Part shown: positions 43,114-52,659 of the stretch, in pieces
Layout of the letters: each line of letters opens with the position of its first letter
Numbering within the stretch: the first letter of the stretch is position 1
Origin: Candidatus Aminicenantes bacterium
Lineage (GTDB): Bacteria; Acidobacteriota; Aminicenantia; Aminicenantales; UBA4085
Direction: 5' to 3'
Length of the DNA: 59,176 bases
Assembly (NCBI GenBank): GCA_030691735.1
Contig: JAUYDS010000075.1
Span: 1-59,176 of the forward strand
Position numbers and translations under genes: made by a program
Notes under the pieces: model-generated
Told to the model about the DNA's origin: nothing
The model's database searches: none
The model's input: the letters and a program-made list of their open reading frames with translations, nothing else

Positions 43114-44575
43114 TCAGGACCTCGCCCGCGAGGAGAATTTCCGGAAGCTCATCGGCGAGGGATTCGATCCGTTCCCGCACAAGATCGCGAGGACGCACGA
43201 CGTCGTCGGGATCGTCGAGAAACACGCGGCTTCGACCAGGGACGAGCTCGAGGCCCGGAAGGTGCGGGTCGAGGTCCCCGGCCGGATCATGTCCGTTCGG
43301 CGGATGGGCAAAGCCACGTTCTTTCATATCTCGGACGGTCGGCGCCGGCTCCAGGTCTATATCCGGGAGGACGTCGTCGGAGCCAAGAGGTACGAGCAGT
43401 TCTCGCTCTTCGACATCGGTGACATGATCGCCGTTCAGGGGGCGCTGTTCAAGACGCGGACCGGAGAACTGACCGTGCTCTGCGACGGCTTCACGTTCCT
43501 GGCCAAATGCCTCCACCCTCTGCCCGAGAAGTGGCACGGCCTCCAGGACGTCGAGCTCCGCTACCGCCGCCGTTATCTCGACCTGATCATGAACCCCGAG
43601 GTCATGGAGGTCTTCCGGCTCCGCACCGCCCTCGTCTCCCGGATCCGCCGCTTCTTCGATGAGCGGGGCTACATCGAGGTCGAGACGCCGATGATGCACG
43701 CCATTCCGGGCGGGGCGCTGGCCCGGCCGTTCATCACCCATCACAACGCCCTCAACCTCGACCTCTACCTGCGGGTCGCGCCGGAGCTGTATCTCAAGCG
43801 GCTCGTCGTCGGGGGACTGGACAAGGTCTATGAGATCAACCGGAACTTCCGCAACGAAGGCCTTGACGCGGAGCACAATCCCGAGTTTACCATGCTCGAG
43901 TTCTACGAGGCGTACCGCGATTACAACGATATGATGGACATGACGGAGGAGCTTCTCGTCGAGCTGGCCGTCGCGCTCCTGGGCAAGACCGAACTGACCT
44001 ACGGCGAGCGCACGATCTCCCTCGAGCGGCCGTTCAAGCGGATCAAATTCATGGAAGCCATCTCGACCCACAGCGGCCTGGCCCCCGAAAAGTTCGGCGA
44101 TCCCGCGGCCGTCATCAAGTTTGCCGAGACGCTGGCCCCCGAGAAGAAGCCGCTGACCTTCGGCAAGGCCCTGGACATCATCTTCGACAAGCACGTCAAG
44201 CCTCACATCATCCAGCCCACGTTCATCATCAATCCGCCCAAAGAGGTCTCGCCCCTGGCCAAGGCGGCCAAGGACGACCCAACCGAGGCCGCCCGCTTCG
44301 AGCTCATGATCGACGGCATGGAGATCGCCAACGCCTTCTCCGAGCTCACCGATCCCGCGGAACAGCGGCTGCGGTTCGAGCAGCAGGCCGAGGAGCGGAA
44401 GAAAGGCGACGATGAATCCCACCCGATCGACCTGGATTATGTCCAGGCGCTCGAATACGGGCTCCCGCCGACGGGCGGGGAGGGCATCGGCATCGATCGG
44501 CTGGTCATGCTCTTCGCCAACCGCAAGACCATCCGCGAGGTCATCCTCTTTCCCCTGCTACGGCCGAGAGAATGA
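43046..44575 (+). CDS. lysS: Lysine--tRNA ligase (class II)
   Basis: OB anticodon domain ([17 protein letters not shown]) and class II motifs ([17 protein letters not shown]). 509 aa if started at ATG 43046. Confidence 0.95.
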   Translation: MNEPKNPPKKEPPPAAADLKKLDQDLAREENFRKLIGEGFDPFPHKIARTHDVVGIVEKHAASTRDELEARKVRVEVPGRIMSVRRMGKATFFHISDGRRRLQVYIREDVVGAKRYEQFSLFDIGDMIAVQGALFKTRTGELTVLCDGFTFLAKCLHPLPEKWHGLQDVELRYRRRYLDLIMNPEVMEVFRLRTALVSRIRRFFDERGYIEVETPMMHAIPGGALARPFITHHNALNLDLYLRVAPELYLKRLVVGGLDKVYEINRNFRNEGLDAEHNPEFTMLEFYEAYRDYNDMMDMTEELLVELAVALLGKTELTYGERTISLERPFKRIKFMEAISTHSGLAPEKFGDPAAVIKFAETLAPEKKPLTFGKALDIIFDKHVKPHIIQPTFIINPPKEVSPLAKAAKDDPTEAARFELMIDGMEIANAFSELTDPAEQRLRFEQQAEERKKGDDESHPIDLDYVQALEYGLPPTGGEGIGIDRLVMLFANRKTIREVILFPLLRPRE

Positions 44576-44583
44576 TAAGGATT

Positions 44584-44677
44584 TGTCATTGCGAGGAGCG
44601 AAGCGACGTGGCAATCTCAGAGTTTATCGGGACGGTTTATGAGATCGCCACGCTCCCTTCGGTCGCTCGCGATGACA
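44584..44677. repeat. Family B REP-like imperfect palindrome (TGTCATTGCGAGGAGCGAAGCGACG..)
   Basis: Arms 44584-44618 and 44641-44677 pair at both ends (TGTCATYGCGAG.., ..CGTGGCRATCTC) with a divergent middle. It sits between lysS and the lolE-like gene. Confidence 0.85.
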
Positions 44678-44685
44678 TCTAATAG

Positions 44686-45918
44686 ATGGATATGAACTAC
44701 GAGCTTTTTATCGCCAAGCGCTACCTCACGGCCAAGCGCAAGCAGGCCTTCATCTCCGTCATCACCTTCATCTCCATCCTGGGGATCACGATCGGGGTCA
44801 TGGCCCTCATCATCGCCATCGCCCTCATCACGGGCTTCCAAAACGACGTTCAGGACAAGATCCTGAGCGCCACCTCCCATCTCATGGTCCAGAGCGTGTC
44901 CGAGGAAGGCCTGAAGGACTACGCCAAAGTGATGTCCCGGATCAAGGAGGTCCCGGGAGTCAGGTCCGTTTCGCCCATCGCCCTGAACCAGGCCTTGATC
45001 ACAGGTTCGGCCAAGACCGACGGGGCCTATCTCAAGGGGATCGATTTCGACCTGGAGGTCGAGCATTCCGCATGGCTCCAAAAGCTCGAGAGCGGGGCGA
45101 TCCCCGGGCCCCCCTCGGCTTCGGGCCGCGACGGCCTTCTCCTCGGCCATGACCTCGCCTTCAAATTGGGCGTGGGCGTCGGCGATGTCGTGACCGTTCT
45201 CACCTCGGCCATGCGGCTGACGCCGACGGGACTGGCCCCGAAGCAGAAGAACTTCGTCGTGGCCGGGATCTTCGTCACGGGGCTCTATGAGTTCGATTCG
45301 GCCACGGCCCTCATCGCCCTCCCCATCGCCCAGAAATTGTTCGGACTCAGGGACAGCGTCAGCTATCTGCAGGTCATGATCGACGATATTTTCGCCGCCT
45401 CCCGAATGAAGGACCTCTTCCGGTCCGTCCTCCCGCCGCTGGCTTACACGACGACCTGGATGGAGCTCAACAAATCGCTCTTCTCGGCCCTCAAGCTGGA
45501 GAAGAACATCATGTTCCTGACCATCACCCTCATCGTCTTCGTCGCCGCGCTCAACATCATCGCCACGCTGATCCTCATGGTCATGGAAAAAACGAGGGAT
45601 ATCGGGATCCTGATGGCTATGGGCGCGACGTCGCTGAACATCCGGCGGATCTTCTTTTATCAGGGCGCCCTCATCGGCGTGGTCGGTACCGCCCTCGGCA
45701 CGTTCCTCGGGCTCGTCTGGTGCGTTCTGGCCAATGCCTTTAAATTGATCAAAGTGCCGGTGGACATCTACCAGATCTCCCATGTCCCTTTTCACATCAA
45801 GGTCATGGACCTGCTCGTGATCGTCGGTGTTTCGCTCCTGATCAGCCTCTTGTCCACTCTTTTTCCGTCCCACCGGGCTTCGAAAACCGATCCTGTGGTA
45901 GCCTTGAAATATGAGTAA
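44686..45918 (+). CDS. Lipoprotein-releasing system permease (LolC/LolE family)
   Basis: FIAKRYL N-terminus, periplasmic domain, C-terminal FtsX bundle (DIGILMAMGAT). An 8-nt overlap links it to lolD. Confidence 0.85.
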   Translation: MDMNYELFIAKRYLTAKRKQAFISVITFISILGITIGVMALIIAIALITGFQNDVQDKILSATSHLMVQSVSEEGLKDYAKVMSRIKEVPGVRSVSPIALNQALITGSAKTDGAYLKGIDFDLEVEHSAWLQKLESGAIPGPPSASGRDGLLLGHDLAFKLGVGVGDVVTVLTSAMRLTPTGLAPKQKNFVVAGIFVTGLYEFDSATALIALPIAQKLFGLRDSVSYLQVMIDDIFAASRMKDLFRSVLPPLAYTTTWMELNKSLFSALKLEKNIMFLTITLIVFVAALNIIATLILMVMEKTRDIGILMAMGATSLNIRRIFFYQGALIGVVGTALGTFLGLVWCVLANAFKLIKVPVDIYQISHVPFHIKVMDLLVIVGVSLLISLLSTLFPSHRASKTDPVVALKYE

Positions 45919-46591
45919 TATTCTTCGCGCCACCAATTTAGGTAAGGTTTACCCCCTGCCCAAAGGCGTGCTTCAGGTTTTTCAAGGCCTCAGCTTCGAG
46001 CTTGAAGCGGGGGACATCGTGGCCATCATGGGTGCTTCCGGCGTGGGCAAGACGACGCTTCTCAATCTCCTGGGAGCCCTTGACCGGCCTTCCGAGGGGA
46101 CGGTTTACTTAGACAACGAGGACCTCTTCGCCCGGGACGAGAGAGAACTGGCCCGGATCCGGAACCGGAAGATCGGTTTCATCTTCCAGTTCTTTCATCT
46201 CCTTCCGGAGTTCACCGCCCTGGAGAACGTCAGCCTGCCGCTGATGATCAGCGGCCTGCCCAAGGAGGCCGCTCTGGCCAAAGGCCTGGATATCCTCAAG
46301 GAAGTTTTTCTCGAGGAAAAAGTTTATTGCCGGCCGTCCCAGCTCTCGGGAGGGGAACAGCAGCGGATCGCGATCGCCCGCGCCTTGATCAACGAACCCC
46401 GGCTTCTCCTGGCCGACGAACCTACGGGGAACCTCGACTGGAAGACCGGTGAGCATATCTTAAACCTCCTCTTGGATCTGCACCGGAAACGGGGATTGTC
46501 CTCCATCCTGGTCACGCATAACGACAAAGTGGCCCAGTTCTGCCGAAAGGTCTACCGTATAGAGCGGGGGGAATTGAAACTTTCCGCCTGA
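45911..46591 (+). CDS. lolD: Lipoprotein-releasing system ATP-binding protein
   Basis: Walker A GASGVGKTT, signature LSGGEQQR, Walker B LLLADEPTGNLD. 226 aa. Confidence 0.9.
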   Translation: MSNILRATNLGKVYPLPKGVLQVFQGLSFELEAGDIVAIMGASGVGKTTLLNLLGALDRPSEGTVYLDNEDLFARDERELARIRNRKIGFIFQFFHLLPEFTALENVSLPLMISGLPKEAALAKGLDILKEVFLEEKVYCRPSQLSGGEQQRIAIARALINEPRLLLADEPTGNLDWKTGEHILNLLLDLHRKRGLSSILVTHNDKVAQFCRKVYRIERGELKLSA

Positions 46592-46665
46592 CCCCGGCGT
46601 TCCACTAGGTAGGAGCGAGCGGATCCTTTGAAAAAAACCGCCTCTTATGATATAAGGAAGACGAG

Positions 46666-49026
46666 ATGAAAAAGTGGATCATCGGCCTGTTTTTGCTTTT
46701 AGCCCCCCTGTTGAGCTTCGGGCAGGAACTTATCGAGAGGATCGATATCATCGGCAACGAGAGGGTCACCAAAGAGACCGTCATGTATTACCTTTCCGCC
46801 AGGGAAGGGGACTACTACAGCGACGATATCCTGAAAAAAGACTTTCGGGTCCTCTGGTCCACGGGATTCTTTTCGAATATCCGGATCGAGAACGAACAGG
46901 GCGCTAAAGGAAAGGTCGTCAAGATATATCTTGAAGAAAACTCGGTCATCAAAACCATCTCTTACAAGACCGGAAGCAAGATCAAGGAAGACGATATCGT
47001 CAACAAGCTCAAAGAGAAAGACGAATACATCCTTCCTTATTCCTATTACAGTCCTTCCCGAATCCAGAAGATCAAAGAGACGATCGAGGACCTGCTCGCG
47101 GAAAAGGGCCTCCACGCGGCCAAGGTCGATATCGAAACGGTCAAAAAGGGAAAAAGCGAGCTCGATATCCTCTTCAAGATCGACGAAGGCCCCAAGGTCC
47201 GCGTGGGCCAGGTCGAGTTCACCGGCAAGCCTAAGCTCCCCCAGAGCACGCTTCGCGAGGCCATGAAGGAGAACCAGCAGATCAGCCTCTTCTCCTGGGT
47301 CGCGGGCAAAAGCCTGTATAAACAGAACAAACTGCCCGACGACGTGGCCAATATCAAGAAGGCCCTCCAGGAGAACGGATACATGGAGGCGACGGTCGGG
47401 GAGCCGAGGATCGAGGAGATCACCAAGAGATCGTTCCCCTTCTTCAAAAAACAGAAAATGATGAAGATCGGCATCCCGGTCAACGCCGGCTATCTCTACC
47501 GCGTCGGCGAGATCAAGATCGAAGGCAACAAGGCCTTCAGCACGGCCGGGATCCAATTGCTGATCAAGTTGAAAAAAGGCGAGGTCTACAGCACCAAGAT
47601 CCGGGAGAAGAGCGTCGAGGACATCAGCGAGCTGTTCCGCAATTACGGCCATCTCTACGGTCAGGTCATCCCCGTCGAGACCCTGGACCCGAAGAACAAG
47701 CTTGTCAACGTGACCTATCAGATCGCCGAAAACGACATCTGTTTTCTCCGCCGGATCGAGTTCCGCGGGAACATCTTCACCAAGGACAAGGTCATCCGGC
47801 GGGAGATGGCCCTCCGCGAGGGGGATATCTTCAGTTTCGCCCGCTTCAAGGACAGCATCTTGCGGATCAAGCAGCTGGGCCTTGTCGATCTCGAAAAGGA
47901 CCCCGAGGTCAAACCCGCTCCGGACGACCCGACCCAGTTCGACGTGAACGTGAACGTCAAGGAGCTCCAGAGGAACAACATCCAGTTCACGGCCGGTTAC
48001 AGCGGCTACGAGGGGACGTTCGTCGCGGCGAGCTATTCCACCGTCAATTTCCTCGGCGCCGGGGAGAACCTGGAGATCACGGCCCAATATGGGAAGCGGA
48101 TCAAGAACTACGTCTTCGGCTTCACCGAACCGTACCTGTTCGATATGCCCATCAGCGCCGGTTTCAATATCTACGACCGGACCATGATCTACCCCTATCT
48201 CTACGACCAGAAGTCCAGGGGCGTCGATTTCAACTTCGGCGCGATCCTCGTCTTCCCCTGGCGGGTGAATCTGACCTACAGCTTCCAATTCATCAACGTC
48301 CAACAGCCCACGGAAACGTCCACGACCACCGACTCGAGCGGGGGCCTGGTCACGGCCAATCCCTATCTTGACCCCTATTACTCCGGCCTGTTCGGGTGGG
48401 GGAAATACAATATGAGCTCGCTCTCGCCCTCGCTCTATCGGTCGACGATCGACAGCCCTCTGACGCCGACGAGCGGCACGATGTATCTGTTCTCGCTCAA
48501 GTACGCCGGGACCTTCCTCGGCGGCGAGATCCACATGATCAAGCCCAACCTCGAGTTCACCCATTACCAGCCCATCAAAAGGGGGGTCCTGTCGCTGGGC
48601 TTCCATATCGAATATTCCTTCGTGAAACCCCTCCGGAATTCCCAGGTGCCGTTCTGGGAACGGTTCTTCCTGGGCGGCGAGCGCAACATCCGCGGCTACG
48701 AGATCTATTCGATCGGTCCCCGCGACACGAGCGGGTCGAACGTCGGCGGCCTGAAATCGCTGGTCATCAACGCCGAGCTCATCCTCCACGTGGGCGGGCA
48801 GGACAGCCCGCTGTACGTCATCGCCTTTCACGACATGGGCAACGCCTACGCCCTGAATGAACGCGTCAGCCTGAAGAACATCTATTCGTCCACGGGCCTG
48901 GAAGCCCGGATCTTCGTCCCGGCCCTGCGGGTTCCCTTCCGCCTGATTTTTTCCTATAATAACAAGCTGATCTACCAGAGCGACTCCAACTTCGCCTTCC
49001 GCTTCGCGATTGGAACGACGTTCTGA
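46666..49026 (+). CDS. bamA: Outer membrane protein assembly factor BamA
   Basis: Signal peptide, repeated POTRA-like units (IERIDIIGNERV.., VGQVEFTGK.., VGEIKIEGNK.., LRRIEFRGN..), C-terminal beta-barrel ending ..FRFAIGTTF. Confidence 0.9.
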   Translation: MKKWIIGLFLLLAPLLSFGQELIERIDIIGNERVTKETVMYYLSAREGDYYSDDILKKDFRVLWSTGFFSNIRIENEQGAKGKVVKIYLEENSVIKTISYKTGSKIKEDDIVNKLKEKDEYILPYSYYSPSRIQKIKETIEDLLAEKGLHAAKVDIETVKKGKSELDILFKIDEGPKVRVGQVEFTGKPKLPQSTLREAMKENQQISLFSWVAGKSLYKQNKLPDDVANIKKALQENGYMEATVGEPRIEEITKRSFPFFKKQKMMKIGIPVNAGYLYRVGEIKIEGNKAFSTAGIQLLIKLKKGEVYSTKIREKSVEDISELFRNYGHLYGQVIPVETLDPKNKLVNVTYQIAENDICFLRRIEFRGNIFTKDKVIRREMALREGDIFSFARFKDSILRIKQLGLVDLEKDPEVKPAPDDPTQFDVNVNVKELQRNNIQFTAGYSGYEGTFVAASYSTVNFLGAGENLEITAQYGKRIKNYVFGFTEPYLFDMPISAGFNIYDRTMIYPYLYDQKSRGVDFNFGAILVFPWRVNLTYSFQFINVQQPTETSTTTDSSGGLVTANPYLDPYYSGLFGWGKYNMSSLSPSLYRSTIDSPLTPTSGTMYLFSLKYAGTFLGGEIHMIKPNLEFTHYQPIKRGVLSLGFHIEYSFVKPLRNSQVPFWERFFLGGERNIRGYEIYSIGPRDTSGSNVGGLKSLVINAELILHVGGQDSPLYVIAFHDMGNAYALNERVSLKNIYSSTGLEARIFVPALRVPFRLIFSYNNKLIYQSDSNFAFRFAIGTTF

Positions 49027-49061
49027 AACAGAAACGATAATTTTCTGCTAAATTTAGGAGG

Positions 49062-49598
49062 TTGAAAATGAGAAAAAGAATCCTGTCGATCGGATGCCTC
49101 GCCCTTTTCGTGGGAGTTCTGACCGGCGCGGGCTTCGCCCAGGTGAAGATCGCCGTCGTCAATTCCCAGGACGTCCTGGAGAAATCGGCCGAGGGCAGAA
49201 AGATCATCGCCCGCCTGACGGAGGCCGACAAGCAGAACACGGCGGCGATCACCAAGCTCGACGACGAGATCCGCACGCTCCAGACGAAGCTCAACACCCA
49301 GCGCATCACCCTGACCGATGAAGCGGTCATGGCGCTGTCCGCGGAGCTGGACCGGAAGAACACGGACCGGAAACGGAAGGCCGAGGACGCCTACTCCGGC
49401 ATCAACGAGCTCCAGCAGCGGCTCTTCAAGAGGCTCCAGGACGAGCTCATCCCCATCGTCGAACAGCTCGGCAAGGAGAAGGGCATGGACGTCATCTTCG
49501 ACTTGGCCAAGAGCGGCGCCGTCTACTGGAGTCCGGCGATTGATTTTACGGCCGAAGTGATCAAGCGCTACGACGCGTCGAAGGCGGTCGGCAAATAA
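49062..49598 (+). CDS. skp: OmpH/Skp family periplasmic chaperone
   Basis: Signal peptide, KIAVVNSQDVL start, coiled-coil K/E/Q-rich body. 178 aa, immediately after bamA. Confidence 0.8.
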   Translation: MKMRKRILSIGCLALFVGVLTGAGFAQVKIAVVNSQDVLEKSAEGRKIIARLTEADKQNTAAITKLDDEIRTLQTKLNTQRITLTDEAVMALSAELDRKNTDRKRKAEDAYSGINELQQRLFKRLQDELIPIVEQLGKEKGMDVIFDLAKSGAVYWSPAIDFTAEVIKRYDASKAVGK

Positions 49599-49610
49599 CG
49601 GGACGCCTCC

Positions 49611-50063
49611 GTGTTCGACATCGAAGCGATCCTCAAATTCCTGCCGCATCGGTATCCGTTTTTGCTGGTGGACCGCGTTCTTAGCCTGGAAAAAGCCAAG
49701 TCGATCGTGGCCATCAAGAACGTCACTTATAACGAACAATTCTTTCAGGGCCATTTCCCGGACATCCGGATCATGCCCGGCGTCCTCATCGTCGAGGCCA
49801 TGGCCCAGGCGGGAGGGATACTTCTTTTCAATTCGATCCCGGATGCGGAAAAGAAGTTCGTCATGTTCAGCAAGATCGACAACATGAAGTTCCGCAAACC
49901 CGTCGTGCCGGGCGACCAGCTCCGCCTGGACTGCGTGTTCCTCAAGTTCAAGAGCCGCTTTTTCCTGCTCCACGGCAAGGCCTTCGTCGATGGGGAGATC
50001 GCGGTCGAGGGCGACATGCTGGCCTCTCTCTTGGACCGAAAGGAGCTGAATGTCGGGAAATGA
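49611..50063 (+). CDS. fabZ: 3-hydroxyacyl-ACP dehydratase
   Basis: [20 protein letters not shown] and [11 protein letters not shown] motifs, with a GTG start. Confidence 0.95.
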   Translation: MFDIEAILKFLPHRYPFLLVDRVLSLEKAKSIVAIKNVTYNEQFFQGHFPDIRIMPGVLIVEAMAQAGGILLFNSIPDAEKKFVMFSKIDNMKFRKPVVPGDQLRLDCVFLKFKSRFFLLHGKAFVDGEIAVEGDMLASLLDRKELNVGK

Positions 50064-50868
50064 GGTCTATGTCCACCCCGCCGCTTCCCTCCATCCCGAC
50101 GCGAAGCTGGAAGCGGGCGTCTGGGTAGGTCCGGGCTGCGTCGTCGGCCCGCGCGTCACCGTCCGCAAGAACACCCGTCTCGAGTCCCACGTCGTCATCG
50201 GCGGTTGGACCGAGATCGGTTCGGATTGCCGTTTTTCCCCCTTCGCGGCCGTCGGGGGCGAACCCCAGGACATCGACTATAAAGGGGAAGAGACGCGCGT
50301 CGTCATCGGCGACCGGAACGTTTTCCGCGAGTTCGTGACCGTCCACCGGGCGACGACCAAGCAGGACCGTCTGACCCGGATCGGCGACGACAACTATTTT
50401 ATGGCCTATTCCCACGTCGCCCACGACTGCCTCGTCGGGAACCGGACGATCTTCCTTCACGGCGCGACCTTGGGCGGGCACGTGACGGTCGGGGACTTCG
50501 CCACGGTCGGGGCCCTGAGCGCGGTACACCAGTTCTGTCGGCTCGGACGCTTTTCGTTCATAGGCGGCGGGTCGATCATCACCCAGGATGTCCTGGCGTT
50601 CACCCGGGTGGTCGGTCAGCGCCCCACGCGCGTCCTGGGATTGAACGTGATCGGCCTCCGACGCAACGGCTTCTCGGACGCGCGGATCGCCGCGCTCAAG
50701 GGCATGTTCAAGATCTTCTTCTTCTCGGACCTCAACACCCGGCAGGCCCTGGAACGTCTCCAGGCCGATTTCCCGGAAGGCGAGGACCGGGACGAGATCA
50801 TCCGGTTCATTGAATCCTCGAAACGGGGCCTGATCAAGAAATCGACGGAGTCATGGGACCAAGAATAG
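50050..50868 (+). CDS. lpxA: Acyl-ACP--UDP-N-acetylglucosamine O-acyltransferase
   Basis: Left-handed beta-helix hexapeptide repeats and the conserved central [10 protein letters not shown] motif. 272 aa. Overlaps fabZ by 14 nt. Confidence 0.9.
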   Translation: MSGNEVYVHPAASLHPDAKLEAGVWVGPGCVVGPRVTVRKNTRLESHVVIGGWTEIGSDCRFSPFAAVGGEPQDIDYKGEETRVVIGDRNVFREFVTVHRATTKQDRLTRIGDDNYFMAYSHVAHDCLVGNRTIFLHGATLGGHVTVGDFATVGALSAVHQFCRLGRFSFIGGGSIITQDVLAFTRVVGQRPTRVLGLNVIGLRRNGFSDARIAALKGMFKIFFFSDLNTRQALERLQADFPEGEDRDEIIRFIESSKRGLIKKSTESWDQE

Positions 50869-51662
50869 GGATCATCGCCGGCTCGGGCCGCTTCCCCCTG
50901 CAGGCCCTCGACATAGCCAAGAGCCTCGGCTACACCTGCGTCGTCGCCGGGATCCGCGGCGAAGCCCTTCCGGAGCTCAAGATCAAGGCCGACGCCTTCG
51001 AATGGGTCGGAACGGATGAGCTCTTCAAACTCCTCACCTTCTTCAAAAGCCAGGACGTCCGCGAGACCGTCCTCCTGGGAAAGGTCGAGCCCCGCGTTCT
51101 CGTCCAAAAGGACCTGCAGGACGAGGAGCTGGTCCGGCTTCTGGTCCGGGCGAAGGACAAGACGCCGACCGCCGTCCTGAGCTCCCTCGTCGATTACCTC
51201 GCCGCCCAAGGCGTCACGGTCAAGGATCCGACCTTCCTTCTGGAATCGTTTTTCTGCCCGGAGGGCGTCCTGTCGAGGACAACTCCTTCCCCCGGGATCC
51301 TGGAAGATATCGGTTTCGGCTGGCCGCTGGCCAAGGCCGTCGCCGACCTGGACATCGGGCAGACGGTCGTCGTCAAGAGCCGAGCGATCGTCGCGGTCGA
51401 AGGCATGGAAGGCACGGACGAGGCCATCAAACGGGCCGGCCGGCTGGCGGGCGAGGGCCTGACGGCCCTCAAGACCCGGCGGACGCGGCAGGATCCGAGG
51501 ATCGACCTGCCGGCGGTCGGACTGGAAACGATCAGGAACCTGGTCAAGATCCGAGCGGCGGCCCTCTGCGTCGAGGCGCTCGGGGTGGCCTTCTTTCAAA
51601 AAGAGGAAGCCCTGGCCCTGGCCGATGAACACGGCCTCGTCGTCATGGCCAAGTCGTTCTGA
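50853..51662 (+). CDS. lpxI: UDP-2,3-diacylglucosamine diphosphatase LpxI (DUF1009)
   Basis: [12 protein letters not shown]-terminus and a DIGQTVVVK..VAVEGMEGTDEAI core. 269 aa. Overlaps lpxA by 16 nt. Confidence 0.8.
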   Translation: MGPRIGIIAGSGRFPLQALDIAKSLGYTCVVAGIRGEALPELKIKADAFEWVGTDELFKLLTFFKSQDVRETVLLGKVEPRVLVQKDLQDEELVRLLVRAKDKTPTAVLSSLVDYLAAQGVTVKDPTFLLESFFCPEGVLSRTTPSPGILEDIGFGWPLAKAVADLDIGQTVVVKSRAIVAVEGMEGTDEAIKRAGRLAGEGLTALKTRRTRQDPRIDLPAVGLETIRNLVKIRAAALCVEALGVAFFQKEEALALADEHGLVVMAKSF

Positions 51663-51670
51663 AGAATTAT

Positions 51671-51715
51671 AATCCCCCCGTTTTCCCCTTTAGAAAAGGG
51701 GGGTGAGGGGGGATT
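51671..51715. repeat. Family D G/C-tract nested hairpin (AATCCCCCC...GGGGGGATT)
   Basis: Outer arms 51671-51679 / 51707-51715, with an inner CCCCTT/AAGGGG stem. It lies between lpxI and the Gfo/Idh/MocA gene. Confidence 0.8.
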
Positions 51716-51738
51716 TGAAAGGCGATCGTTAATCAACC

Positions 51739-52656
51739 ATGGACAAAGTCAAGGTCGGCATCATCGGAGTGGGATACCTGGGCATGCAGCACGCCCGCAT
51801 CGTCTCCTATCTGGAAGAGGCCGAACTGAAGGCCGTGGCCGATATCGATTTCAAGAAAGCCCTGGAAATCGGCAACCGCCACGGCGTCAGCTACTACCAG
51901 AACTACGAGGAAATGATGGACGAGATCGACGCCGGGATCGTCTCGACCCCGACGTCCGAGCATTTTCACATCTCGATGAACCTGCTCAAGCGAGGCAAGC
52001 ATGTCCTCGTCGAGAAGCCGATCACCGCGACGATCGAGCAGGCCGAGCAGCTCGTGGACCTGGCCAAAAGGAACGGCCTGATTCTGCAGGTGGGACATCT
52101 GGAACGGTTCAACCCCGCCGTCGAGGCCGTGGAAAACATGATCTCCGATCCGAAGTTCATCGAAGTCCAGCGGCTGGGGTCGTTCTCGGCGCGGTCCCTG
52201 GACGTCGACGTCGTCCTGGACCTCATGATCCACGATCTGGACATCATTCTCGCCCTCATCAAGGACGAGGTCGGAGTCATCCGCTCCTCGGGCATCCACG
52301 TCGTGTCCGATAAGATCGATATCGCCAACGCCCGGCTGGAATTCAAGGGCGGGTGCGTGGCGACGCTCACGGCCAGCCGCGTCCACCAGGGCAAGGTCCG
52401 GAAGCTCCGGATCTTCGAGCCGACCTCGTATTATTCCATCGATTACATCGACCAGGAGGTCAAGGTCTTTCCTCTCAGCGGACGCCAGACGGACATCAAG
52501 ACCTTGAGGACCAAGAAGGAAGAGCCGCTCAAAAAAGAGCTCGAGAATTTCCTCCGCTGCCAGGTGGAAGGGCGGACCGGCAAGGTCAGCGGCGAAGAGG
52601 GCCTGCGGGCCCTCCGTTTGGCCTATGCCGTCTTGAAACAGATCGAGACGGCCTGA
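51739..52656 (+). CDS. Gfo/Idh/MocA family oxidoreductase
   Basis: N-terminal Rossmann VGIIGVGYLG and an EKP motif (VLVEKPI). 305 aa. Confidence 0.85.
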   Translation: MDKVKVGIIGVGYLGMQHARIVSYLEEAELKAVADIDFKKALEIGNRHGVSYYQNYEEMMDEIDAGIVSTPTSEHFHISMNLLKRGKHVLVEKPITATIEQAEQLVDLAKRNGLILQVGHLERFNPAVEAVENMISDPKFIEVQRLGSFSARSLDVDVVLDLMIHDLDIILALIKDEVGVIRSSGIHVVSDKIDIANARLEFKGGCVATLTASRVHQGKVRKLRIFEPTSYYSIDYIDQEVKVFPLSGRQTDIKTLRTKKEEPLKKELENFLRCQVEGRTGKVSGEEGLRALRLAYAVLKQIETA

Positions 52657-52659
52657 GTC

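Noticed and set aside
46699-48831. 710-aa ORF antisense to bamA; similar cases are 38933..40816 (opposite the Lon-like gene), 52819..54696 (M48), 13516..15033, 42977..44422, 44617..45936, 33202..34521 and 30148..31539
   Set aside because: All lie opposite confidently recognised genes and translate to D/E/R/G/L-rich junk without motifs, signal peptides or start-site support.
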